Shown: positions 37,161 to 46,954 of the stretch, piece after piece
How the letters are laid out: each line of letters begins with the position of its first letter
How positions within the stretch are numbered: the stretch's first letter is position 1
Source: Isoptericola sp. BMS4
GTDB taxonomy: Bacteria > Actinomycetota > Actinomycetes > Actinomycetales > Cellulomonadaceae
NCBI RefSeq assembly: GCF_011634835.1
Contig: NZ_SIRP01000001.1
Location: 4,099,092-4,163,091 of the forward strand
Length of the DNA stretch: 64,000 bases
Direction: 5' to 3'
Translations under genes and position numbers: made by a program
The notes under the pieces: model-generated
Seen by the model: the letters and a program-made list of their open reading frames with translations, nothing else
Told to the model about the DNA's origin: nothing
Database searches by the model: none

Positions 37161-40100
37161 ATGAGAAGACCCTGGAAGCACACGATCGTGGCAGGGGCGA
37201 CAGCCGCGCTGATCGCACCCCTGGGCGCCGTCGCCGTCGCGGGCGCCGCCGAGTCCGCCGACCTGGCGGCCGACCGCCCCGTCACCGCGTCGTCGACGAC
37301 GCAGACCTATGCCGCGCACCACGCCACCGACGGCGACACCGGCACCTACTGGGAGGGAGCCGGCGGGCAGTACCCGGCGCACCTGACGGTCGACCTCGGC
37401 GCCGAGGCGACCGTCGACCGCGTCGTCGTCGCTCTCCCGCCTCTCTCGGTGTGGGCCCCACGCACCCAGACGTTCAGCGTGCTCGGTCGCAGCGACGGCG
37501 AGGCCTCGTTCCGGGTCCTCGAGGCGTCCGCCGAGCATTACTTCGACCCGGCCGACGGCAACACGGTCGACATCCCGCTCGACGCCGAGGTCGACGAGGT
37601 CCGCCTCGCCTTCACCGCCAACACCGGCGCCGGCAGCGGCCAGGTCGCCGAGCTGCAGGTCTGGGGAACGCCGACCGATGACCCCGACCCGACGGACCCG
37701 CCGACCGACCCGAGCGGGCCGAACCGCGCGGCGGACCGACCGGTGTCGGCCTCGTCGACGCAGTGGACCTATGCCGCCGCGAACGCCGTCGACGACGACG
37801 TCACCACCTACTGGGAAGGCGCGGCCGGCCGCTACCCGTCGACGCTCGACGTGAACCTCGCCGGGCCGACGCAGCTCAGCACGGTGCGCGTGCGCCTCGA
37901 CCCCTCCGACGCGTGGGGGCCGCGCACACAGACCTTCTCCGTGTGGGGGCGCACCGGGACGGAGGAGTGGCACGAGCTCTCCGCGTCCGCCGGTCATGCC
38001 TTCGCGCCCGCTGACGGCAACGTCGTCGACGTCCCCGTCAGCGGGACCGCGACGGACGTGCGGGTACGGTTCACCGGCAACACCGGGGCGGGCAACGGAC
38101 AGGTCGCCGAGCTCGAGGTCTACGGAGCACCGGAACCGAACCCCGACCTCACCGTCACCGCGATTGCGACGTCCCCCGCGCAGCCCACGGCGACGATCCC
38201 CGTGACCCTCACCGCGACCGTCGAGAACGTCGGAGACCTCGCCTCGACGCCGACCACCGTCGAGGCCGCCGTCGACGGGAGCACCGCCGGCTCGGCGGAC
38301 GTCGGCGCGCTGGAGCCCGGCGCGAGCGGCCAGGTGGAAATCGCCACCGGGACGCACCGCGCCGGGGAGCACACGGTGGGCGCGGTCGTCGACCCCCAGG
38401 ACGCCGTCGCCGAGCTCGACGAGACGAACAACGCGCGCACCCGGTCCGAGAAGCTCACCGTCGGCGAGGCCCCGGGACCGGACCTCGAGGTCGTCGCGGT
38501 GTCCTCGACCCCGTCGTCCCCTGCCCCCGGCGACGACGTGACCTTCGGCGTCCAGGTGCGCAACCGCGGGGACGAACCGGTCACCGCGGGTTCGGTGACG
38601 CGCGTCGTCGCGGGCGAGATCACCCTCGACGCCACGACTCCGGCGATCGGTCCCGGCGAGACGGTCACGGTCACGCCGGACGGGACGTGGACCGCGACGG
38701 ACGGCGGGGCCACCGTCACCGCGACGGCCGACGCGACCGACGTCGTCGACGAGACCGACGAGGACAACAACACCGGCACGCTCAGCGTGACCGTGGGGCG
38801 CGGCGCTCCCGTGCCCTACACGACGTACGAGGCCGAGGACGGGCGGTACGAGGGCGAGCTGCTGCAGACGGACCCGCTGCGCACGTTCGGGCACACCAAC
38901 TTCGCCACCGAGTCCTCCGGCCGCGAGTCGGTGCGGCTCACGAGCACCGGCGAGCACGTCGCGCTCACCTCCACCGTGCCGACGAACTCGATCGTCGTGC
39001 GCAGCTCGATCCCGGACGCCCCCGGGGGCGGGGGCCAGGAGAAGACGATCAGCCTCTACGCGGACGGCGAGTTCGTGCAGAAGCTGACCCTGTCCTCGCA
39101 GCACTCGTGGCTGTACGGGACGACGGACGCCCCCGAGGGGCTCACGAACACCCCCGGGGGCGACGCGCGCCGGCTCTTCGACGAGTCGCACGCGCTGCTC
39201 GACCGGGACTTCCCCGCCGGGACGGAGTTCCGTCTCCAGCGCGACGCCGACGACGACGCGGAGTTCTACGTCATCGACCTCGTCGAGCTCGAGCAGGTCG
39301 CACCCCCGTCACAGAAGCCCGCGCAGTGCACCTCCATCACGGAGTACGGCGCCGTGCCGGACGACGGCGCCGAGGACACCGACGCCATCCAGGCCGCGGT
39401 CACCGCCGACCAGCAGGGCGACATCGACTGCGTGTGGATCCCTGCCGGCCGGTGGCGCCAGGAACGCAAGATCCTCACCGAGGACCCCGACCGCACCGGG
39501 TACAACCAGGTCGGCATCCGCGACGTGACCATCCGTGGGGCCGGCATGTGGCACTCGCAGCTCTACAGCCTGATCGAGCCGCAGGACGCCGACGGCATCA
39601 ACCACCCGCACGAGGGCAACTTCGGGTTCGACATCGACGACGACGTCCAGATCTCCGACATCGCGATCTTCGGCTCGGGCCGCATCCGCGGTGGCGACGG
39701 CGGCGCGGAGGGCGGCGTCGGGCTCAACGGACGGTTCGGCAAGGACACGAAGATCTCGAACGTGTGGATCGAGCACGCGAACGTCGGCGTATGGGTCGGT
39801 CGCGACTACTCGAACAAGCCGGAGCTGTGGAACCCCGCCGACGGGCTCCGGTTCTCCGGCATGCGGATCCGCAACACCTACGCGGACGGCATCAACTTCT
39901 CCAACGGCACGCGCAACTCGTCTGTGGTGGGCTCGGCCCTGCGCAACACCGGCGACGACGCCCTGGCCGTGTGGGCGAACCCGTACGTGAAGGACACGTC
40001 CGTGGACATCGCGCACGACAACACGTTCCGCAACAACACCGTGCAGCTCCCGTGGCGCGCCAACGGCATCGCCATCTACGGCGGCCGCGACAACTCGATC

Positions 40101-40541
40101 GAGAACAATCTCGTGTACGACACCATGAACTACCCCGGCATCATGCTGGCGACCGACCACAGCCCGCTCCCGTTCTCCGGGACCACGCTCGTCGCGAACA
40201 ACGGGCTGTACCGCACGGGTGGGGCGTTCTGGAACGAGGACCAGGAGTTCGGCGCCATCACGCTGTTCCCGCAGACGCACGACATCGTCGGGGTCACGAT
40301 CCGCGACACCGAGATCGTCGACTCGACCTACGACGGCATCCAGTTCAAGAACGGCGGCGGCGCCATGCCCGACGTCCGGATCACGGACGTGCGGATCGCG
40401 GACTCCACCAACGGCTCCGGGATCCTCGCGATGGGCGGGGCGCGCGGCAACGCGATCCTGGAGAACGTCACCGTGACCGGGTCCGCCGAGGGCGACGTCG
40501 TGACGGAACCCGGCTCGACCTTCGAGATCACCGGGACGTGA
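37161..40541 (+). CDS. Secreted GH87-like (mycodextranase / alpha-1,3-glucanase-type) protein with two discoidin (F5/8 type C) domains and CARDB repeats
   Basis: Signal peptide; two discoidin-like modules (TYAAHHATDGDTGTYWEG...; WTYAAANAVDDDVTTYWEG...); CARDB-like repeats (LTVTAIATSPAQP..., LEVVAVSSTPSSPAPGD...); C-terminal beta-helix catalytic region (NTGDDALAVWANP..., NGIAIYGGRDNSIENNLVYD). Confidence 0.6.
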   Translation: MRRPWKHTIVAGATAALIAPLGAVAVAGAAESADLAADRPVTASSTTQTYAAHHATDGDTGTYWEGAGGQYPAHLTVDLGAEATVDRVVVALPPLSVWAPRTQTFSVLGRSDGEASFRVLEASAEHYFDPADGNTVDIPLDAEVDEVRLAFTANTGAGSGQVAELQVWGTPTDDPDPTDPPTDPSGPNRAADRPVSASSTQWTYAAANAVDDDVTTYWEGAAGRYPSTLDVNLAGPTQLSTVRVRLDPSDAWGPRTQTFSVWGRTGTEEWHELSASAGHAFAPADGNVVDVPVSGTATDVRVRFTGNTGAGNGQVAELEVYGAPEPNPDLTVTAIATSPAQPTATIPVTLTATVENVGDLASTPTTVEAAVDGSTAGSADVGALEPGASGQVEIATGTHRAGEHTVGAVVDPQDAVAELDETNNARTRSEKLTVGEAPGPDLEVVAVSSTPSSPAPGDDVTFGVQVRNRGDEPVTAGSVTRVVAGEITLDATTPAIGPGETVTVTPDGTWTATDGGATVTATADATDVVDETDEDNNTGTLSVTVGRGAPVPYTTYEAEDGRYEGELLQTDPLRTFGHTNFATESSGRESVRLTSTGEHVALTSTVPTNSIVVRSSIPDAPGGGGQEKTISLYADGEFVQKLTLSSQHSWLYGTTDAPEGLTNTPGGDARRLFDESHALLDRDFPAGTEFRLQRDADDDAEFYVIDLVELEQVAPPSQKPAQCTSITEYGAVPDDGAEDTDAIQAAVTADQQGDIDCVWIPAGRWRQERKILTEDPDRTGYNQVGIRDVTIRGAGMWHSQLYSLIEPQDADGINHPHEGNFGFDIDDDVQISDIAIFGSGRIRGGDGGAEGGVGLNGRFGKDTKISNVWIEHANVGVWVGRDYSNKPELWNPADGLRFSGMRIRNTYADGINFSNGTRNSSVVGSALRNTGDDALAVWANPYVKDTSVDIAHDNTFRNNTVQLPWRANGIAIYGGRDNSIENNLVYDTMNYPGIMLATDHSPLPFSGTTLVANNGLYRTGGAFWNEDQEFGAITLFPQTHDIVGVTIRDTEIVDSTYDGIQFKNGGGAMPDVRITDVRIADSTNGSGILAMGGARGNAILENVTVTGSAEGDVVTEPGSTFEITGT

Positions 40542-40690
40542 CGACCGGCGGTCGGGCGCCGGCCCGGCCGTCCTCGTCCCGGGGCCGGCGCCGCCGTCGC
40601 GGCGCCGGCCCCGCTGCCCGCGAGACAGCGGCGGCCCGCAGGGTAGGCCCGCGACACGACTCCCGGCCGTCCCGGAGTAGCCTCCTGCAC

Positions 40691-41545
40691 ATGACCGCCG
40701 TCCGGACGCACACCCACGCCCAGGCCGTCGTCGCCGCGATCGACCTCTTCTCGCGACAGGGCTACGAGCAGACCACCGTCGAGGAGATCGCCGACGCCGC
40801 GCAGGTGAGCCGCGCGACGTTCTTCCGCCGGTTCCGGTCCAAGGAGGACGTCGTCTTCGCGGACCACGAGATCCTCCTCGAGGAGGTGGTGGTCATGCTC
40901 GCCGAGACCCGTCCCGAGGCGCGCGGGGGCAGCGAGCAGGGGAACGGCACCGAGCGTTCGTGGAACCCGTCCGTCGACCCGTACCTCGAGGTCTGCCGCG
41001 CCGCGCGCCTCGTGTTCGACCACCACGTGGGCCAGCGGGAGACGTCGCTCGCACGCCACCGGCTGCTGCAGCAGGTGCCCGCGCTGCGGGACCGCGAGCT
41101 CGTGACCACGCACCGCTACGAGCGGGCCTTCACGGCCTACCTGCGGGACACGCTGCCGCCGGACCGGTCGATGACGACGACGTCGATCGCGTTCGCCGCC
41201 TCCGTCGTCGCCGTGCACAACGCGATCCTGCGCCGGTGGCTGCGCAACCCGCTGCTGGACCTGCGGCCCGAGCTCGAGGAGGCGTTCGCCGACCTGCGCC
41301 GGGGCGCGATGCGGGACACCAGCGACGCGGCCGACGCTCCCGACACGGCCGGCGGCGCGCCGGCGTCCGCTGCCCCCGGTGCGCCGCCCGCCGGCACGGC
41401 CGGCGGGGCGGGTGTCCCGGCGGACGAGCCGGCGTCGACCCCCCGCGTGACCGGCACGGACGGACGCCGCGTCGTCGTCACCGTGCTGGAGCCGGGCGCC
41501 GGGCCCGACGACGTCGCCCGTGCCGTGCGGGACGCCCTCGCCTAA
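40691..41545 (+). CDS. TetR/AcrR family transcriptional regulator with a long Ala/Pro-rich C-terminal tail
   Basis: AVVAAIDLFSRQGYEQTTVEEIADAAQVSRATFFRRFRSKEDVVF. Confidence 0.8.
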   Translation: MTAVRTHTHAQAVVAAIDLFSRQGYEQTTVEEIADAAQVSRATFFRRFRSKEDVVFADHEILLEEVVVMLAETRPEARGGSEQGNGTERSWNPSVDPYLEVCRAARLVFDHHVGQRETSLARHRLLQQVPALRDRELVTTHRYERAFTAYLRDTLPPDRSMTTTSIAFAASVVAVHNAILRRWLRNPLLDLRPELEEAFADLRRGAMRDTSDAADAPDTAGGAPASAAPGAPPAGTAGGAGVPADEPASTPRVTGTDGRRVVVTVLEPGAGPDDVARAVRDALA

Positions 41546-41881
41546 GAGGTCGGGGAGGGAATGCGGCTGTGGCATCCTGCGTTGTGCAGGACGCCGCCGG
41601 GACCTCCGGCGGCCACAGACACGCAACGTACGTGCTCCGGGGTCGGTGAGATTCCGAGCCGGCGGTGACAGCCCGCGACCCGCGCCTCCTCCGCGAGGCC
41701 GGTTGACCTGGTGGAACTCCAGGGCCGACGGTCAGAGTCCGGATGGGAGGAAGCACGTGCGGCACGCGCCCGGCGACGGGTGGGTGCCGCCGGGCGCCGT
41801 GTCGCCGGCGAGGGCCCCGCGCTCCCGGCGGACGGCCGCCCCTCACCCCGGCAGCCGCTCGACGGACCGGGAGAGTGAACG

Positions 41882-42592
41882 ATGGACGCGATCGACGCGT
41901 TCTTCCACGCCACGCTGACCATCGGCGACCAGTCGCTGCTGTGGCGCGAGATCGTCGGCAACGGCTTCGGCCTGGCCTCCGCGCTGGGCGGGATGCGCCG
42001 CAAGGTGTGGGCCTGGCCCGTCGGCATCGCCGGCAACCTCGTGCTGTTCACCGTCTTCATGGGCTCGTGGTTCGGAGACACGGGCCGCGCCGACATGCTC
42101 GGCCAGGCGGGCCGCCAGGTGATGTTCCTCGTCGTGTCCGTGTACGGATGGGTGCAGTGGCGTCGTACACGACGCGCCGACCTGGAGGTGCGCGCCGACG
42201 GCAAGGTACCGGCGTCGGGCGGGGCGGCCGTGCACCCGCAGTGGGCGACGTGGCCGCAGCGACTCGGCATCGTGGTGGTGATGGTCGGCGGCACCCTCCT
42301 CCTCACCCCGCTGTTCCGCGCCCTCGGCTCGTACGAGCCGGTCTGGTCGGACGCCTGGATCTTCATGGGATCGCTGGTCGCCACGTACGGCATGGCGAAG
42401 GGGTGGGTCGAGTTCTGGCTCGTGTGGGTCGCGGTCGACGTCGTCGGTGTCCCGCTGCTCTGGTCGGCCGACTACTTCGCCACGGCCCTGATGTACGTCT
42501 TCTACGGCGCCTTCACCCTGGTCGGCTTCTTCGTGTGGTGGCGCATCCACCGCCGCGAGCAGGACCGCACCGAGGTTCCCACGGCGACGTGA
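41882..42592 (+). CDS. pnuC: Nicotinamide riboside transporter PnuC family
   Basis: LWREIVGNGFGLASALGGMRRKVWAWPVGIAGN...WVQW...; seven transmembrane segments. Confidence 0.85.
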   Translation: MDAIDAFFHATLTIGDQSLLWREIVGNGFGLASALGGMRRKVWAWPVGIAGNLVLFTVFMGSWFGDTGRADMLGQAGRQVMFLVVSVYGWVQWRRTRRADLEVRADGKVPASGGAAVHPQWATWPQRLGIVVVMVGGTLLLTPLFRALGSYEPVWSDAWIFMGSLVATYGMAKGWVEFWLVWVAVDVVGVPLLWSADYFATALMYVFYGAFTLVGFFVWWRIHRREQDRTEVPTAT

Positions 42593-42595
42593 CGC

Positions 42596-42672
42596 CATCA
42601 GCGCGGCAGTCCGGGATCCGATCGGCAGTCGGAACTGCCGCGCCGATCCGGACATGCCGACGCGATCGTCAC
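42596..42672. repeat. Intergenic repeat family B, copy 2 (GGCAGTCGGAACTGCC variant)
   Basis: About 80% identity to 12064-12140; it lies directly 3' of pnuC. Confidence 0.5.
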
Positions 42673-42704
42673 TCGTGCGCTCGACCCTCGGCGATGATCG
42701 GACC

Positions 42705-43397
42705 ATGATCATCGCCGAGGACCTGCTGCTGCTCGCCTACGACGACGACTCCGGCAGGCCCCAGGTCGGCGCCGACGAGCTGGACTACCGCCTCGCCGGG
42801 GCGCTGCTGATCGAGCTCGCGCTGGACGGCCGCGTGGACGTCGCCGGCCCCGGCGACGTCACGGTCGACGGGGGCCCGGCGCGCGCGGGACGCGTCGTCG
42901 TGCGCGACCCGTCCCCGGCCGACCACCCGGCGCTGGACCGCGCGCTCGCCGTCGTCGCCGAGAGACCGAGACGGCCGAAGGAGCTCGTGCGCCCGCTGAG
43001 CAAGGGCCTGCGCGACGCCCTCCTGACCGGGCTCGCCGAGCGCGGCGTGCTGCGCCGCGAGGAGGGCCGGGTCCTCGGGATCTTCCCGCGGACGTCGTGG
43101 CCGGCGCGGGACTCCACGCACGAGGAGCTGCTGCGCGCGGCGTGCCGCGCCGCCCTGCTCGACCACGCGGCACCGGACGCCCGCACCGGCGCGCTCATCG
43201 CCGTCGCCCACGGGTCTGGGGTGGTGCGCGGACTGGTGCCGCGCGAGCATCGCAGGGCCGCCGAGACGCGGGCGAAGGAGCTGTCGACGCAGAGCTGGGC
43301 GAGCGGTGCGGTGAAGAAGGCCGTCGACGAGATGCTCGTCGCCGTCATGGTGCCGGTGATGGTCGCCGCGACGGCCGCGACCGTCACGACGACCTGA
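42705..43397 (+). CDS. GPP34/GOLPH3 family protein
   Basis: MIIAEDLLLLAYDDDSGRP...YRLAGALLIELALDGRV, characteristic of bacterial GPP34. Confidence 0.7.
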   Translation: MIIAEDLLLLAYDDDSGRPQVGADELDYRLAGALLIELALDGRVDVAGPGDVTVDGGPARAGRVVVRDPSPADHPALDRALAVVAERPRRPKELVRPLSKGLRDALLTGLAERGVLRREEGRVLGIFPRTSWPARDSTHEELLRAACRAALLDHAAPDARTGALIAVAHGSGVVRGLVPREHRRAAETRAKELSTQSWASGAVKKAVDEMLVAVMVPVMVAATAATVTTT

Positions 43398-43426
43398 CGC
43401 CCCGAGGCCAGTACCCCCGCTGCGCC

Positions 43427-44671
43427 TCAGGCGAACGCGGAGACCCCGGTGATGTCGCGGCCCACGATCAGGGCCTGCATGGACTCGGTGCCCTCGTAGG
43501 TGTGGAGGGCCTCGATGTCCGCGAAGTGCCGCGCGACGCGGTTGCCGAGCAGGATGCCGTTGCCGCCGAGCATGTCGCGGGCGACCGACGCGACCTCGCG
43601 GGCCTGCCGCGTGGTCGTGTACTTGGCGAGCGACGCCTGCTCGCCGGTGAGCGTGCCGGCGTCGGCGAGTCGCGTGACCTGCGCGACCAGCAGCTGCATC
43701 TGCGTGATCAGCGACAGCATGCGGGTGAGCCGCTCCTGCACCATCTGGTTGGCGGCCAGCGGCCTGCCGAACTGGATGCGCTGCGTCGCGTAGGCGGCCG
43801 CGGCCTCGTAGCAGGCGATCGCGTGCCCGACGGCGGACCACGCGACGGCCAGGCGGGTCGCGAACAGCACGGCCGCGGTGGCCTTGAAGGACGTGGCGCC
43901 GGGCAGCGCGGCGTCGGCGGGCACGAAGACGTCGTCGAGCACGATGTGCGCCTGCCAGATGGCGCGCAGCGACACCTTGCCCTCGATCGTCGTGGCGGAG
44001 TAGCCGGGGGCGTCCTGCGGGACCAGGAAGCCGTGCACCTGGCCGTCGCCGTCGTCGCCCACGAGGCGGGCCCAGACGACGGTGACGTCGCCGCAGGAGC
44101 CGAAGCCGATCCACTTCTTCTCGCCGCTGATCACGTAGCCTTCGACGCCGTCGCGGGTCTCGCGGCGGGCCGCCGTCTCGAGCGACACGGAGTCCGAGCC
44201 GTGGGTGGGCTCGGTGAGCGCGAACGCGCCGAGGATCTCCCCGCGCGCCATCGGCTCGGCGTACCGCTCGACCTGCTCGGGCGAGCCGTGCATGACGATC
44301 GAGCGCAGCGCGAGCCCGCCCTGGACGCCGCAGATCGTGGCGACGGAGCCGTCGCCGCGGGACATCTCCATGCTGGCCAGGCCCTCGGCCATGAAACTGA
44401 TCCGCGGGCGCCCGGGCACGTCGACGCCGTCGCGCAGGAAGTCGTGCTCGGCGAGCTTCTTCACGAGGTCGAACGGGACCTCGGCGCGCTCCCAGTACGC
44501 GTCGATGACGGGGAGCACCTCGTCCTGGACGAACGCGCGGACGGCGAGCTGGTGCTCGCGCGCCTCGGGGGCGACGTCGGCGAACGCGCCGACGTAGTCG
44601 AGGTCCAGCGGCTGCGACACGTCGTAGTCGGGGGCGGTCACGCCGGGCATGACGGGAGCGGTGCGGGGCAT
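43427..44671 (-). CDS. Acyl-CoA dehydrogenase (glutaryl-CoA dehydrogenase-like)
   Basis: GAFALTEPTHGSDS...EKKWIGFG...YEGTESMQALIVGRDITG. Confidence 0.85.
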   Translation of the reverse strand: MPRTAPVMPGVTAPDYDVSQPLDLDYVGAFADVAPEAREHQLAVRAFVQDEVLPVIDAYWERAEVPFDLVKKLAEHDFLRDGVDVPGRPRISFMAEGLASMEMSRGDGSVATICGVQGGLALRSIVMHGSPEQVERYAEPMARGEILGAFALTEPTHGSDSVSLETAARRETRDGVEGYVISGEKKWIGFGSCGDVTVVWARLVGDDGDGQVHGFLVPQDAPGYSATTIEGKVSLRAIWQAHIVLDDVFVPADAALPGATSFKATAAVLFATRLAVAWSAVGHAIACYEAAAAYATQRIQFGRPLAANQMVQERLTRMLSLITQMQLLVAQVTRLADAGTLTGEQASLAKYTTTRQAREVASVARDMLGGNGILLGNRVARHFADIEALHTYEGTESMQALIVGRDITGVSAFA

Positions 44672-44812
44672 CGTCGGCCTCTCTCTGCGCGGGGGTCCGG
44701 CGGTCCCGGGCCCGGGTGAGAAGGACGACCGGCGCCGCCAGGCTGGTGACTGCGACGCCGGTCTGCACCCATGGTGGCCCGCGACCGCGTCTCACGTCAA
44801 CCGATACTCGGT

Positions 44813-44890
44813 CTCACCTTCGAGGTCGAGGTGCGGGCTCGAGGTCGAGGTGCGGGACCTCGACCTCGAGCCCTCACCTCGACCTCGCGC
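44813..44890. promoter_or_regulatory. Long imperfect palindrome / tandem (GAGGTCGAGGTGCGGG)x2 in the divergent promoter region between the acyl-CoA dehydrogenase and NUDIX genes
   Basis: CTCGAGGTCGAGGTGCGGG repeated twice, then its near-complement CCTCGACCTCGAGCCCTCACCTCGACCTCG. Confidence 0.35.
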
Positions 44891-44913
44891 CCTGGCCCCG
44901 GCACGATGAGGCG

Positions 44914-45399
44914 ATGGCGACGACGAGCGCGGGGCTGCTCCTGTACCGGGTCACGCCCGACGACCGGCTCGAGGTGCTGCTCGGGCACATGGGCGGCCCG
45001 TTCTGGGCGCGCAAGCACGCCGGCGCGTGGACGGTCCTCAAGGGCGAGCTCGAGCCGGGCGAGGAGCCGCACGACGGCGCGGTGCGCGAGGCCGTCGAGG
45101 AGCTGGGACGGCCGGTCCCCGCGGCCTCGACCCCGGACCTCGACCTCGGCGAGGTGCGCCAGCGCGCCGGCAAGAGAGTCCTGGCCTGGGCGCGCCGGTG
45201 GCCCGCCCCGGTGCCGGACCTCACCGCGATCCACGGGAACACGGTGGAGATCGAGTGGCCCCCGCGGTCGGGCCGGCGCGTCGAGGTCCCCGAGATCGAC
45301 CGCGTCGCCTGGTTCTCCCCCGACGACGCGCGGGAGGTCGTCGTCAGCGCGCAGGCCGCGTTCGTCGACCGGCTCCAGGAGTCGCTCGCGGCGTCGTGA
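44914..45399 (+). CDS. NUDIX hydrolase
   Basis: Nudix box GELEPGEEPHDGAVREAVEELG. Confidence 0.8.
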   Translation: MATTSAGLLLYRVTPDDRLEVLLGHMGGPFWARKHAGAWTVLKGELEPGEEPHDGAVREAVEELGRPVPAASTPDLDLGEVRQRAGKRVLAWARRWPAPVPDLTAIHGNTVEIEWPPRSGRRVEVPEIDRVAWFSPDDAREVVVSAQAAFVDRLQESLAAS

Positions 45400-45462
45400 G
45401 CGAGCGCACCGGCACGAAGGGGCGTTCGCGCACCGGGGACGGCTCGCGGCCCGGAAAGGTTG

Positions 45463-46872
45463 TCAGCCGGTGAGGGTCAGCCAGAGCAGCACGACGTTCA
45501 GCGCGACGATCACCGCCGCCACGGCCCACGCCACGACCTGCGTGGCGACGCCGTTGCGGTACCGGCCGAGCAGCCCCGCCTCCCGGGTCAGGCGCACGAG
45601 CGGGACCATCGCGAACGGGATGCCGAAGCTGAGCACCACCTGGCTGACCACCAGCAGCCAGGTCGGCGAGATCCCCGTCGCCAGCAGCACGATCGCCGGC
45701 ACCAGCGTGACGAGGCGCCGGGTGAGCAGGGAGACGCGCACCCGCAGCAGCCCGGACATGATCTCGGCCCCGGCGTACGCGCCGACGGACGACGACGCCA
45801 GCCCGGAGGCCAGCAGCCCGATCCCGAAGAGGACCGCGACGGCAGGGCCGAGCGACGACGCGATGGCGGCGTGGGCGCCCTCGATCGTGTCGGTGCCGGT
45901 CCGCCCGGGCAGGTTGGCGGCGGCGAGGAGCAGCATCGCGATGTTCACGCCGCCGGCGACGACCAGGGCCGCGACGACGTCCCACCGGGTCGCGGCCAGG
46001 AGGCGCCGCACGGTCGCCGCGGGCGCCTCGACCGTGGCGAGCGCCGCGTCGTCCCGGGCGGAGGTGAGTCGACGGAGCTCGCGCACGCGGGCGTCGTGGC
46101 GCACCCGGTCTCGCGCCAGGGACGAGTGCAGGTAGATCGCGTGCGGCATCACGGTGGCGCCGAGCATCGAGGCGGCCAGCAGCACCGACTCGGGGCCCGC
46201 GAGGCGCGGGACGAGCCCGCCCAGGACCGCGCCCAGGTCGGGCGGGGAGAAGAAGAGCCCCGCGCAGAAGCCCACGGTCAGCACGACGAGCATCGAGGTC
46301 ACGACGCTCTCGAAGACCCGCTGCCCGCGACGCTGCTGCACGGACAGCACGACCATCGACACGACGCCGGTGATGACGCCGCCGAGCGCGAGCGGCACAC
46401 CGAACAGCAGGTGCAGCGCGATGGCGCCGCCGATCACCTCGGCGACGTCGGTCGCCATCGCGACCAGCTCGGCCTGCACCCAGTACGCGATCCGGCCTCG
46501 GCGGGACAGCCGCTCGCCGAGCAGCTCCGGCAGGGAGCGCCCGGTGACGACGCCGAGCTTGGCGGACAGGTACTGCACCAGCACCGCCATCGCGTTCGCG
46601 GCGACCAGGACCCACACGAGCAGGTACCCGAACCGTGCTCCCGCCGTGAGGTTGGCGGCGACGTTGCCGGGGTCGACGTATGCGATGGCGGCCACGAAGG
46701 CGGGGCCGAGCAGGGTCACGAGGCGGGCCGCGCCGGGCCTCCGGCGGCCTGCCTGCCGTCCGGGCCGCCCGCTCGTGGCGGCCCCGCCCCTGCCGAGAGC
46801 CCGCATCGCGTCGCTCACCGTGCTCCGATCGTCCACGTTCGCTCCGTCCGAGTTTCGTCTACCCGAAATCAT
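45463..46872 (-). CDS. mntH: Nramp family divalent metal (Mn2+/Fe2+) transporter
   Basis: LGPAFVAAIAYVDPGNVAANL...GATVMPHAIYLHSSL (Nramp signature). Start chosen at the ATG with GGGAGG 8 nt upstream. Confidence 0.85.
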   Translation of the reverse strand: MISGRRNSDGANVDDRSTVSDAMRALGRGGAATSGRPGRQAGRRRPGAARLVTLLGPAFVAAIAYVDPGNVAANLTAGARFGYLLVWVLVAANAMAVLVQYLSAKLGVVTGRSLPELLGERLSRRGRIAYWVQAELVAMATDVAEVIGGAIALHLLFGVPLALGGVITGVVSMVVLSVQQRRGQRVFESVVTSMLVVLTVGFCAGLFFSPPDLGAVLGGLVPRLAGPESVLLAASMLGATVMPHAIYLHSSLARDRVRHDARVRELRRLTSARDDAALATVEAPAATVRRLLAATRWDVVAALVVAGGVNIAMLLLAAANLPGRTGTDTIEGAHAAIASSLGPAVAVLFGIGLLASGLASSSVGAYAGAEIMSGLLRVRVSLLTRRLVTLVPAIVLLATGISPTWLLVVSQVVLSFGIPFAMVPLVRLTREAGLLGRYRNGVATQVVAWAVAAVIVALNVVLLWLTLTG

Positions 46873-46954
46873 AGACGCGGCCTCCCACATTCTCCGGGAT
46901 GGTGCGACCGGCCACGAGGGGCGGCCCCGGGAACGCTCGGGAAGATCTGGGAAC

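Noticed and set aside
41560-41880. TPP riboswitch upstream of pnuC
   Set aside because: GGGG / TGAGA / ACCC boxes are present, but there is no room for a P3 stem and the pyrimidine-sensing helix consensus (CCUGAUCUGGAUAAUGCCAGCGUAGGGA) is not matched.
46873-46954. MntR (DtxR-family) operator palindrome in the mntH / GT87 divergent spacer
   Set aside because: No AT-containing palindrome was seen there. The regulator site may exist but cannot be recognised by eye.
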